From: an uncultured Actinomycetes bacterium
GTDB lineage: Bacteria; Actinomycetota; UBA4738; HRBIN12
NCBI GenBank assembly: GCA_963775735.1
Contig: CAVZKD010000007.1
Coordinates: forward strand, 1,242,487-1,306,486
DNA length: 64,000 nt
Direction of reading: 5' to 3'
The notes beneath the pieces are model-generated. The model saw only the letters and a list, made by a program, of their open reading frames with translations. It did no database searches and was not told the DNA's origin. Shown in pieces: positions 11,878 through 20,778 of the stretch; the first letter of the stretch is position 1; every line of letters starts with the position of its first letter. The translations under genes were made by a program, and so were the position numbers.

Positions 11878-12636
11878 ATGTTCGAAGAGGATCTCGCGTT
11901 CGCGAACGAGCTGGCCGATCGTGCCGGCGAGATCGGACTCTCGTACTTCGGCGGTTCGTTCGAGGTGCGCCTGAAGCCCGACCGCACTCCCGTGACCGAG
12001 GCCGACCTCGCGATCGAATCGGCGATCCGCGAGGCCGTGACGGCGCGCTTCCCCGGGGACGGGGTGCTCGGCGAGGAGGGCGGGCTCGAGGGCAGCGGAC
12101 GACGCCGCTGGATCGTCGATCCGATCGACGGGACGAAGAACTTCGCCGACGGGGTGCAGATCTGGTCGAACCTGATCGCCCTGGCCGTCGACGACGAGCC
12201 GGTCGTGGGGGTGGTGAACCTGCCCGCCCTCGGCGAACGCTACGAGGCGGTGCGCGGGGGTGGCGCGCGGTTGAACGGCGAACCGATCCACGTCTCCCGG
12301 GCCGACCGGATCACGCGTTCGTTCGTCGTCTTCGCCGGGATGGAGGACTGGCTCGAGGGTCCGACGGGCGAAGCCGTCCAGCAGCTGGTTCGGGAGGCAC
12401 GCCGCAACCGGGGATTCGGCGATGCATGGGGGCACTGCCTCGTCGCGCGCGGTTCGGCGGACGTGATGCTCGAAGCGGAGCTGGCCACCTGGGACTTCGC
12501 CGCGCTCCAGGTCATCGTCCGCGAGGCCGGGGGGGCGATCAGCCAGTTCGACGGCTCGCCGCCGGTGCACGGTGGGACGGTGATGTCATCGAACGGGCTC
12601 CTGCATCAGGAGCTCGTGGCGCGGCTACGCGGGTAG
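11878..12636 (+). CDS. inositol monophosphatase family protein (histidinol-phosphatase HisN / SuhB-like)
   Basis: ATG 11878 with RBS-like gaggatgg upstream. EADLAIE...WIVDPIDGT...WDFAA are IMPase-family metal-binding motifs. Divergent from tig. Confidence 0.8.
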   Translation: MFEEDLAFANELADRAGEIGLSYFGGSFEVRLKPDRTPVTEADLAIESAIREAVTARFPGDGVLGEEGGLEGSGRRRWIVDPIDGTKNFADGVQIWSNLIALAVDDEPVVGVVNLPALGERYEAVRGGGARLNGEPIHVSRADRITRSFVVFAGMEDWLEGPTGEAVQQLVREARRNRGFGDAWGHCLVARGSADVMLEAELATWDFAALQVIVREAGGAISQFDGSPPVHGGTVMSSNGLLHQELVARLRG

Positions 12637-12654
12637 GACGAGGATGGAGGACGG

Positions 12655-13065
12655 TCAGGCTCGGGTGCGCCGCATCGCGGCGCGTGCGTCCACCATCGTC
12701 ACCTCGCGCTTCCGGTAGTTCCGCAGAGCGAACCGGTCACACGTCGTCTCCGCCGAGGTTCCCCGGCCGTGGTGACGGTGCAGGTACCAATGCATCCACT
12801 CGTGCAGGTAGAGGAAGCGCAGGACCTCGCGTGGCGTCCGGAAGGTCACGCCCTCGGTCAGCCAGATGAACCGCATCGAGCGGCCGGGCCGTCGCTTCGC
12901 GCCGTGAGCGACGATCTCGCCGAACGGGAAGAACGGCTCCGGGATCTGGAGGGTGATCGTCCGGGCATCGAAATCGGTCAACGCGGATAGATGCGGTCGA
13001 TCACGGTACCGCAAGGGCTTGACGAGGACCTCGAACCCGTCGGTCTCGGGCAGCCCGGCGAGCAT
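12655..13065 (-). CDS. putative zinc metallopeptidase (HExxH motif)
   Basis: ATG 13065 with GAAGG RBS 9 nt upstream. Contains LYLHEWMHWYLH (HExxH). Upstream part of track ORF 12655..13200 overlaps tRNA-Pro and was trimmed. Confidence 0.5.
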   Translation of the reverse strand: MLAGLPETDGFEVLVKPLRYRDRPHLSALTDFDARTITLQIPEPFFPFGEIVAHGAKRRPGRSMRFIWLTEGVTFRTPREVLRFLYLHEWMHWYLHRHHGRGTSAETTCDRFALRNYRKREVTMVDARAAMRRTRA

Positions 13066-13159
13066 CCGCGAAGCCTTCGCCGGCGAGAGTTCGGAGACGG
13101 TCGAGGTGAGGTGCACGGCAGCGAGCCTAGCGACGATCGGACGGGCCGCGGCCCCTCGG

Positions 13160-13234
13160 TCGGGATGGCCGGATTCGAACCGGCGACCTCGGCGTCCCAA
13201 ACGCCGCGCGCTAACCAGGCTGCGCTACATCCCG
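13160..13234 (-). tRNA. tRNA-Pro (anticodon TGG)
   Basis: Cloverleaf read by hand: acceptor CGGGATG/CATCCCG, D-arm GCGC-AGCCTGGTTA-GCGC, anticodon stem CGGCG/CGCCG with loop TTTGGGA, T-arm GCCGG-TTCGAAT-CCGGC, discriminator A. CCA not encoded. Confidence 0.8.
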
Positions 13235-13357
13235 CGCACCCCGATGCTACTGCCGGCACCCGGGCATCGCCTCAACGGAGGGACGCTCGTCGAGCATGCC
13301 CCGCGTGCGGCGGGCGCTGCCGTACCGCCGATGATCCGGATGACCTAGAGTTGCCGC

Positions 13358-13876
13358 GTGGCGCCGCTCATCCTCGAGGTGGTCGAGGGCCCGGACGCGG
13401 GTCGTCAGATCGAGCTCGCGAGCCCGATCGAGATCGGGAGAGACCCGAACGCTGGTCTCGTGATCGACGAGCCGCAGGTGTCTCGGTCACACGCCCGGCT
13501 CTCGCCGGTCGACGATGGTGTGGTGGTCGAGGACCTCCGCTCGACGAACGGCACCTTCGTGAACGGCAACGAGATCGTCTCGCCGACCCTCGTTCGGCCG
13601 GGAGACCAACTCCTCGTGGGCGTCTCGGTGCTGCTCCTTCGAAGCCCGCAGGAGGTTGCGGCTCGGCCCTCAGCGGTGCATGCGCTCCCCCCGGCGCTGG
13701 CGAGGCCCGCTCGTCCCCCCGACTACCTGCCGACGGGCGCCGAACGCGAGGCGCCGGTCGAGGAACTGGACGCGCTGCTCGACGTGCGGACCAAGGCCAA
13801 AGCACGGCTCGCGCCGCTCGCGATCTTCCTGCTCGTCGTGGTCGCGATCCTCGTCTACCTCGCGACCCGAGGCTGA
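13358..13876 (+). CDS. FHA-domain protein with C-terminal transmembrane anchor
   Basis: GTG 13358. IEIGRDPNAGLVIDEPQVSRSHARL...STNGTFVNG is an FHA signature. C-terminal hydrophobic LAPLAIFLLVVVAILVYLA. Confidence 0.75.
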   Translation: MAPLILEVVEGPDAGRQIELASPIEIGRDPNAGLVIDEPQVSRSHARLSPVDDGVVVEDLRSTNGTFVNGNEIVSPTLVRPGDQLLVGVSVLLLRSPQEVAARPSAVHALPPALARPARPPDYLPTGAEREAPVEELDALLDVRTKAKARLAPLAIFLLVVVAILVYLATRG

Positions 13877-13901
13877 ATCGGCCCTCGGAGCGCCGCGGCG
13901 C

Positions 13902-14465
13902 TCAGCGGACGGCGAAGTACACGATCAGTGCGATCGCGTCGGCGACGATGATCGCGATCGCGAGACCGGTCGCGAGCGAACTTCGCGTGGCCGGGCGACG
14001 CCGGACCGAGACCGACGCGAAGGATGGGGCGGGCATCGAAGCCGGTGCGGCGAGGACCGCTGATACCGGAGCGGGTGCGGGTGGTGCGGGTGCGGGTGGT
14101 GCGGCTGGCGCGGGTGCGGGAGGAGCGGGTGCGGGTGGTGCGGCTGGCGCGGGTGCGGGAGGAGCGGACACTGCGGCCGCTCGATCGGAGACGACCCGCA
14201 GGACCGTGGCGCCGACGCGGAGGGTGTCACCGGACGTGAGTTGCCGACGCCCCGTGATCCGCTGATCGTTCACCCAGGTACCGTTCGTCGAGCCGAGATC
14301 CTCGACCTCGATCGTATCGCCGACACGGCGGATCGCGGCGTGCCGCCGCGATACCTCCGCCTCGTCGATCTCGACGTCCGCCTCCGACCTCCCCACGATG
14401 AGCTCGCCGGTCACCTCGACCCGGCGACCTGCGAGCGATCCGGTTTCAGCGATCAGCCGATCCAT
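13902..14465 (-). CDS. FHA-domain protein with Pro/Ala-repeat linker and C-terminal transmembrane anchor
   Basis: ATG 14465 (MDRLIAETGSLAGRRVEV...GRSEADVEIDEAEVSRRHAAI...STNGTWVND FHA). PAPAPAAPPAPAPPAPAP repeated twice, then ATGLAIAIIVADAIALIVYFAV. Confidence 0.7.
   Translation of the reverse strand: MDRLIAETGSLAGRRVEVTGELIVGRSEADVEIDEAEVSRRHAAIRRVGDTIEVEDLGSTNGTWVNDQRITGRRQLTSGDTLRVGATVLRVVSDRAAAVSAPPAPAPAAPPAPAPPAPAPAAPPAPAPPAPAPVSAVLAAPASMPAPSFASVSVRRRPATRSSLATGLAIAIIVADAIALIVYFAVR
14066..14168. repeat. tandem ~39-nt repeat encoding the (APAAPPAPAPPAP)n linker of the FHA protein
   Basis: gcgggtgcgggtggtgcggctggcgcgggtgcgggaggagc occurs twice in tandem. Confidence 0.6.
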
Positions 14466-15366
14466 CCGAGGCCCTCCCCCCACTCGCTCCCGCAGCCGTC
14501 GCGAGCAGGTTGGCGTACGCGGTGGCGGTCGGTGGCCGGTCCTTGGGATCCTTCGCGAGCGCCTGGAGGAGCGCCCAGCCGAACCCGTCGTCCACATCGG
14601 GGCGGCGCTCGGCCGGATCGACCGGTGCCTCCTCGAGATGGGCCACCCCGACCTCGAACGCCGATCGACGTCCGAACGGCGGCTCGCTCGTGACCGACTC
14701 GTACACCAGGCAGCCGAGGGCGTAGATGTCGCTGGCCGGTGACGCCGGGTCACCGCGGATCAGCTCGGGGGCGAGGTAGTCGAGGGTCCCGAGGACCTGA
14801 CCCCCGGTCGTGAGCGCCGTGTAGCCTCGGCCCTTGGAGAGACCGAAGTCCGTGAGCGATGCGACGTCGTGCCGATCGATGAGCACGTTCGACGGCTTGA
14901 CGTCTCGATGGATGAGTCCGTGCGCGTGCAACGCATCCAGCCCCGAGGCAACCTCGGCCGTCCAACGACACACCGCAGGGATCGGCAGCGCACCGTCATC
15001 CCTGATCCGTTCGAGCAACGTCGCGCCGTCCACGTAGCGAGCGGCGATGTAGTGGACCCCGTCGACCTCGCCGGCGTCGAGGATGGGGACCAGATGCGGG
15101 TGGGTGACCTCCCGGGCCGCACGGCTCTCGTGTGAGAACCGGCGAACGCTCGTGACGTCGCGTGCCATCGCCGGCGAGAGGATCTTCAGGGCGCAGACCT
15201 CGCCGTCGTGCTCTCGTACGGCCTTGAAGACGACGCCCATCCCGCCTCGACCGAGCACCCCCTCCAGTCGGAACGGCCCGAGTCGGTCGCCGGCGCTCAG
15301 GACGACGTCCGATCGCGCCTGTTCGTGAACTCCCCCCCACATCGCAGGCGTAGGATAGGCGGCCAT
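14446..15366 (-). CDS. serine/threonine protein kinase (Hanks-type)
   Basis: GRGGMGVVFKA...ALK...HRDVKPSNVLI...DFGLS...APE kinase subdomains. Alternative start M9 at ~15342. Overlaps FHA gene start by ~20 nt. Confidence 0.85.
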   Translation of the reverse strand: MAAYPTPAMWGGVHEQARSDVVLSAGDRLGPFRLEGVLGRGGMGVVFKAVREHDGEVCALKILSPAMARDVTSVRRFSHESRAAREVTHPHLVPILDAGEVDGVHYIAARYVDGATLLERIRDDGALPIPAVCRWTAEVASGLDALHAHGLIHRDVKPSNVLIDRHDVASLTDFGLSKGRGYTALTTGGQVLGTLDYLAPELIRGDPASPASDIYALGCLVYESVTSEPPFGRRSAFEVGVAHLEEAPVDPAERRPDVDDGFGWALLQALAKDPKDRPPTATAYANLLATAAGASGGRASDGSADR

Positions 15367-18037
15367 GTCGAGCCGGGGCCAGCGGACCGCCCTCGGCTAC
15401 GCCATCCTCCTTTCGGTTGTCGGTGTGGTGATCGCCGTCGCCATCGTCGTGGGTTCTTCCCGCGAGCCCGCCAAAGGTGTGGCGGGTACCTATGTCGCCG
15501 AGCCGGCGTCCGCGTGCCTCGGCAGGACCTTCGCGCTCCAACAGTCAGGTCGATTCGTCGACGTCGTGCCCGTGTCGGAGGACGGACCCGAGACCGGCGG
15601 CTCGCTCACGCTCGACGGGGACCGTCTCGCGGGAGACGTGTCCTGCACCGACGGGCGAGCCGCGACGTTGAGCGCCTCGGTGGTCGGCGAACTCGAGCGC
15701 GACGAGGAAGGGGAGGTCGTGCGGGGGCCTTCCCTCGTAGGCGACGTCGGTGGACAGGAGCTCCGGGCGGGGTTCGTGCCCGAGGACGTGACCGAGGCGC
15801 TCACGTTCGCTCGGCGGGAGCCGGAGAACCTCCTCGGGCGCCTGATGTTGTCCATCGCGGTCGTCGTGATCCTCGCCCGCCTGCTCGGTGCCGCCGTCGC
15901 GCGTGTGGGGCAACCCCGCGTGATGGGCGAGGTCCTGGCGGGCATCCTGCTCGGTCCGACCTTCCTCGCTTCGGTCGCCCCCGAGCTTCAGCTCTATCTG
16001 TTCCCACCCGACATCGTGCACCTGCTGCGCGGGGCCGCCGACATCGGGCTGGTCTTCTACATGTTCCTCGTCGGCCTGGAGCTCGATCCGACGCTGCTCC
16101 ACGGGCGTGTCGAACAGGCCGCGTTCATCTCCCACGCGGGGATCGCCATCCCGATGGCGCTCGGGATCGCGATCGCGGTCCCGATCTACTCGGTCGTCGG
16201 ACCGAGCACCGACTTCGGACCGTTCGCCGTGTTCATCGGTGTCGCGATGTCGATCACGGCGTTCCCCGTGCTCGCGCGGATCCTGATCGAGCGGCGGATG
16301 CTCAAGGGCGAGGTCGGCTCGATGGCGATCGCCGCGGCCGCGATCGACGACGTCAGCGCCTGGGTGCTCCTGGCCCTTGCGATCGCCATCGCGGAGGCCG
16401 CTACGGTGGGCGGATCGTCCTCGGTGTTCCTCGAGCTGCTGCGGGTGCTCAGCCTCACGGCGATCTTCTGCGTCGTGCTCGGGACCGTCGGACGTCGCCT
16501 CCTCGCGCGGGTCTCGGTCGCCTACGACGAAGCCGGCCACGTCCCACCGGGATGGATCGCGGCCATCTTCCTCGGGATCCTGCTCTCGGCGTTCACCGCC
16601 GCCCAGATCGGCATCGCGGGGATCTTCGGGGCGTTCGTCATCGGCCTGATCATGCCGCGCAAGGCCGAACTCACACACGACGTCACCCGAAGGGTCGAGG
16701 ACTTCGTCGTCACGCTTCTCCTCCCGCTGTTCTTCGTCGTCGCCGGGCTCAATGTGCGGATCGACCAACTCAACAGACCCATCCTGTGGGTCATCACGCT
16801 CTTGCTCCTCGCGATCGCGATCATCTGCAAGTGGACCGGGGCGATGGGCGGCGCTCGGTTCACCGGCGTCCCGTTCCGACAGGCCGCAGCGCTTGGAGCG
16901 TTGATGAACACCAGGGGACTGACGGAGCTGATCGTGCTCACGATCGGGCTCTCGTTCGGCGTGATCACGCCGGCGATCTACACGATGCTGGTGATCATGG
17001 CTCTGGTGACGACCTTCATGACGGGCCCGCTGCTCAAGCTGATCGACCGAGACGGGAAGATGTCCGTCCCCGTCGAGGACGAGATCCGGGTCGTCGAACC
17101 CGCCCCTCCGTCGCGACCGGAAGCCCAACCGGAGCGCGCGATCCTCGTCTCGCCGCTCCACGCGAAGAACATGGACCCCCTGCTCGCGCTGGCGGTCCCG
17201 CTCGCGCGCTCCGAACCTGGCCGGGAAGTGATCCTAGTTCGCCCGCTCGAGCCGTCACGGATCATCACCGGACTCGCGCCGGAGGAACGCGAGCTCGCCC
17301 AGGCCGAGCAGGAGCTCGCGCTGCGACGAGCGCGACTCCAGTCGCAGGGCGTATGGGTCCGCACGGCGGCGTTCACGTCGCCGCTCCCGGGGCAGGATCT
17401 CGTCCGGATGTCCGACGAGCAGAACGTCGACATCGTCCTGTTGGACGGACGCCGGCCCCTGCTTCGGGAGGGTCCGCCCAGGGGTCCCGTCGGCATGGTG
17501 CTCGATCAGGCGGAGCCGGATGTCGCCGTGCTGGTCGAACGGGAAGCGGTCATCGACATCGGCCGGGATCGGCCGGTCATGGTTGCGTTCGGCGGAGGTG
17601 AGCACGACTGGTCGGCCCTCGAGCTCGGCGCCTGGATCGCGCTCGCCCGGGAGGCCCCCCTCGTGCTCCTCGGCAGCGAGGCCGACGTCGCGGAGGGCGG
17701 GCGCGACGCGAGCAGGCTGCTGGCGAATGCATCACTGGTCGTGCAGCAGTTGGTCGGGGTCTCGGCCACCTCTCAGCTGGTCCAGCCGGGGCGGGAGGGC
17801 ATCGTCAGCGCGGCGGCGAACGCCGGGTTGCTCGTCCTCGGCCTGTCCCGACGGTGGCGCCAGGAAGGCCTGGGTGAGGTGCGCGCGGAGATCGCGCGGA
17901 CGATCCCGGCCGCGACCGTCTTCATCCGTCGCGGGAGTCGCCCTGGAGCGCTCGCGCCACCCGACGACGTCACCAGGTTCACCTGGTCGCGGAGCGCGCA
18001 GCGGGCCGACGCCTCCTCCGCGGAGCCAGGGCCGTAG
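15365..18037 (+). CDS. cation:proton antiporter (CPA2/Kef-type) with N-terminal ~160-aa extension and C-terminal tandem USP-like regulatory domains
   Basis: 890 aa. Transporter core begins MLSIAVVVILARLLGAAVARVGQPRVMGEVLAGILLGP (about 15845). Has 12+ TM helices; C-terminal ~300 aa soluble. ATG 15365 shares the palindrome CATG with the divergent kinase start. Confidence 0.8.
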   Translation: MSSRGQRTALGYAILLSVVGVVIAVAIVVGSSREPAKGVAGTYVAEPASACLGRTFALQQSGRFVDVVPVSEDGPETGGSLTLDGDRLAGDVSCTDGRAATLSASVVGELERDEEGEVVRGPSLVGDVGGQELRAGFVPEDVTEALTFARREPENLLGRLMLSIAVVVILARLLGAAVARVGQPRVMGEVLAGILLGPTFLASVAPELQLYLFPPDIVHLLRGAADIGLVFYMFLVGLELDPTLLHGRVEQAAFISHAGIAIPMALGIAIAVPIYSVVGPSTDFGPFAVFIGVAMSITAFPVLARILIERRMLKGEVGSMAIAAAAIDDVSAWVLLALAIAIAEAATVGGSSSVFLELLRVLSLTAIFCVVLGTVGRRLLARVSVAYDEAGHVPPGWIAAIFLGILLSAFTAAQIGIAGIFGAFVIGLIMPRKAELTHDVTRRVEDFVVTLLLPLFFVVAGLNVRIDQLNRPILWVITLLLLAIAIICKWTGAMGGARFTGVPFRQAAALGALMNTRGLTELIVLTIGLSFGVITPAIYTMLVIMALVTTFMTGPLLKLIDRDGKMSVPVEDEIRVVEPAPPSRPEAQPERAILVSPLHAKNMDPLLALAVPLARSEPGREVILVRPLEPSRIITGLAPEERELAQAEQELALRRARLQSQGVWVRTAAFTSPLPGQDLVRMSDEQNVDIVLLDGRRPLLREGPPRGPVGMVLDQAEPDVAVLVEREAVIDIGRDRPVMVAFGGGEHDWSALELGAWIALAREAPLVLLGSEADVAEGGRDASRLLANASLVVQQLVGVSATSQLVQPGREGIVSAAANAGLLVLGLSRRWRQEGLGEVRAEIARTIPAATVFIRRGSRPGALAPPDDVTRFTWSRSAQRADASSAEPGP

Positions 18038-18099
18038 GGATCGCGGCCGAACGCTTCCGTTGCGCGACCGTCTCGGCTTGGGGCTAGACTCCGCAGCCG

Positions 18100-19450
18100 A
18101 TGGCGCGTCGCCGCCCCACGGGACTCGACGATCGCGGTCGTCGGCGACGGCTTCGGGTCGCTCATGGTCTACTCGACCGCCGTCTACCTCGGGTTCCGTC
18201 CCGATGAGCTGACGATCTACGGGACGAACGACCTGGCGGTCGGGACCTACCAGCAGTTCGCGTACAACCTCGGCCAGACGGTCTTGCGTTCGGAGTCCGA
18301 GTCACACTTCCTGCCGGCGGACTGGCCGACGTTCGCCCAGCTGGACGCGTGGGCGCGACGCGACCCGAGCTTCCTGTTCCGCTCGATCAAGCGGAAGTTC
18401 AATCCCGGAGTCCCGGACATCCTCGCCGAGGCGTCGGTGGTCCAGCAGCGCCTGCGATGGAACGGCCATCGGTACCCCGCGCGGGTCGGATGGCTGCAGC
18501 GGGAGCTCTCGCCGGTTCCCCATTTCCTGATCTACGACGAGGACGCCAACCTCATCGGCCGGGCCAAACACGTTATGCTCGCGGTGGGACATGGTCCGCT
18601 CTCGTTCCCCCCGGTCCTCGCGAAGGCGAAGGAGGACCCACGGCTCGACGATCGGATCGTCCAGGCCTACGAGTCGAAGGCGTACGCACCCGGAGGGAGG
18701 TACGTCGTCATCGGCGCCGGCATCGCCTCGGTGAACGAATGGGCGAACGCGCTCGACGCGGGCGCATCCGTCCTGTCCCTCCTCCGGAACCCGGCGCCCG
18801 ACGAGCAGGACCTGAACACCCCGCGGTGCCTGTTCGAGGCGCTCGGGATCGACATCTTCCAGGGACTGCCGCTCGATCGGCGCGTCGCGTTCCTCGGCAA
18901 GATCTTGAAGGGGACCACCCCGAAGCGGCGGAGCTGGATCCAGCGGGTCGAGAAGGGACGGTCCGAAGGCAGGTTCGCGGAGCTCATCGGAGAGATCGAC
19001 CAGGTCGAGGGCGGGCCGGCCGGGCTCCGGATCCACATCTCGAGTCGCCACGGGCCTGCCCCCGGAACGTTCGACGTCACGGGTTTAGTCGCCGGGACCG
19101 GCTTCAACAAGAGCATGCTCACGATCCCCATCCTCCGGCGGCTCGTCGAGCACTACGACCTGCCGGTCGACCGTGGCGTGATCCAGCTCCGGACCAACTG
19201 CGGCGTCCCCAGGCTCGACCTCGAGCGATCGAGGCTCTGCATGATGGGGATCTTCGCCAACACGATCATCCCGCACGGCGACACGATCGCCGGACTGAAG
19301 TACATCGCACGCAGGTTCGTCGCAGACTGTGCGCGCGCCGAGGGGTTGCGCCGGCGAGGCTTCGGATCTCGCCTGTCGATGCAACTCTCGCTCTCATCGG
19401 CGTCGGCCAAGGCGATCCGCCGGGCACGATCAGTGGAGCAGCTCGCCTAG
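18100..19450 (+). CDS. FAD/NAD(P)-binding oxidoreductase, N-hydroxylating / flavin-monooxygenase-like (probable frameshift in a C-run at ~18111-18118)
   Basis: Track ORF 18164..19450. In-frame upstream sequence encodes DSTIAVVGDGFGSLMVYSTAV (Rossmann 1) but has no start codon. Removing one C from ccgcccc joins ATG 18100 to it (MARRRPRDSTIAVVGDGFG). Second Rossmann YVVIGAGIASV; FDVTGLVAGTGF resembles the FATGY motif of SidA/IucD-like monooxygenases. Confidence 0.6.
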
Positions 19451-20029
19451 ATGTGCCCCACCGTGATCGGACGCTTGCAGACGCGGGTCGCGACGCTGAT
19501 CCTGCCGGCGATCCTCGCCACGATCTTGTCGTTGGTCTCGGGCAACCCCGGCTGGATCGTCACGATCGGGATCTACCTCGTCATGGGGACGATCCTCGAC
19601 CTGCTCCTGTACCCCTTCATCATCAAGTGGCAACCGCCGTGGCTCACGTTGGTGCTCGGCGTCGGGGAGTTCATCCTGCTGTACCTCCTCGTGCAGGTGC
19701 TCGAGCCTGGGGGCGGTGAGCCCGGGTTCGGCACGGTCGGCGCGATCGTCCTGTACTGGGTGAGCTGGTTGCTGGCGGTCAGCACGCGGATCGTCCTGTT
19801 CCCGCTCCTGTCGCTCAGTTGGATCGAGAACGGCGGCGAGTTCCGGGAGACCGGGTGGTCGATCCCCGCGGAGATGGAGCCGGTCCCGATCATCGCGGCC
19901 GTCGCTCCCGACCAGGCACAGGCCGGCCTCGTTCGCCAGCTCTCCACCGTCGGAACGATCCCGACCGAGGCCAAGCCGCCGCTGTCGGGGGTCCATCGAC
20001 GTCCGACGATACCGACGCCACCCGGCTGA
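19451..20029 (+). CDS. hypothetical membrane protein (4 predicted TM helices), translationally coupled to the upstream oxidoreductase
   Basis: ATG immediately follows TAG (tagATG). Hydrophobic segments [71 protein letters not shown]. Confidence 0.5.
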   Translation: MCPTVIGRLQTRVATLILPAILATILSLVSGNPGWIVTIGIYLVMGTILDLLLYPFIIKWQPPWLTLVLGVGEFILLYLLVQVLEPGGGEPGFGTVGAIVLYWVSWLLAVSTRIVLFPLLSLSWIENGGEFRETGWSIPAEMEPVPIIAAVAPDQAQAGLVRQLSTVGTIPTEAKPPLSGVHRRPTIPTPPG

Positions 20030-20085
20030 TCTCGCGCGGGCCGCTCCCGGCCTCGGTCGTCGGTCGGATCACGAGCGGTGTATAG

Positions 20086-20778
20086 ATGCTCTCGATGCCC
20101 CTCTCGACGGAACGCCGGGCCACGGACACGCAGCAGCGTGCGATCGAGCTCGTCGGCGTCACCCGCCTGTTCGGGGCCGCGCCCGCCGTGCTCCGGGTCG
20201 ACCTCTTGGTTCGGCGCGGCGAGGTGGTCGTGCTGCGAGGCCCGAACGGCGCCGGCAAGACCACGCTGCTTCGGATCGTCGCGACGTCCCTCTCCCCCAC
20301 GTACGGTGGCGGGACGGTCCTGGGCCACGACCTCACACGCGACCGAGATGCGATCCGCAGGGACACCGAATCGCTCTCGCACCGGACCCGTCTCTACGAG
20401 GACCTCACGGCGTCGGAGAACCTGGCCTTCTGGTGCCGGCTGCTAGGCCTCGGGCTCGGTCTACGTGGGATCGATGCCGCCTTGGAACGCGTGGGGCTGC
20501 TGGAGGTGAGCGGCGAGCGGATCCGAGGGTTCTCGCAGGGCATGCGGCAGCGACTCGCCCTCGCGCGAACCATCCTTCGAACGCCGCAGCTCCTCTTGCT
20601 CGACGAGCCGTACACGGGCCTGGACGGGGAGGCTCGCCAGACCGTCGACGACCTCATCCGCGAGATCCACCGCGACGGGCGGACCGCGGTGATCGCGACC
20701 CACCAGGCCGCTCCGCAGGGCGTGCCCTGCCGAGAGCTCCATCTCGACGGCGGGCGGATCGTTCGGGAGACCCCGTGA
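20086..20778 (+). CDS. ccmA: heme exporter ABC transporter ATP-binding protein CcmA
   Basis: GPNGAGKTTLLR Walker A, LSGGMRQRLALAR-like signature (FSQGMRQRLALAR), LLLDEP Walker B. Small CcmA-like size (230 aa). Confidence 0.85.
   Translation: MLSMPLSTERRATDTQQRAIELVGVTRLFGAAPAVLRVDLLVRRGEVVVLRGPNGAGKTTLLRIVATSLSPTYGGGTVLGHDLTRDRDAIRRDTESLSHRTRLYEDLTASENLAFWCRLLGLGLGLRGIDAALERVGLLEVSGERIRGFSQGMRQRLALARTILRTPQLLLLDEPYTGLDGEARQTVDDLIREIHRDGRTAVIATHQAAPQGVPCRELHLDGGRIVRETP

Noticed and set aside
8467-12869. Plus-strand ORFs of 944 aa and 781 aa (8467..11301, 10524..12869)
   Set aside because: Antisense to clpX/clpP/tig. Asp/Leu/Arg-rich shadow ORFs produced by the mirrored codon bias.
15545-17161. 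538-aa minus-strand ORF inside the antiporter gene
   Set aside because: Antisense shadow of the antiporter. Extremely Arg/Asp/Glu-rich with no hydrophobic segments.
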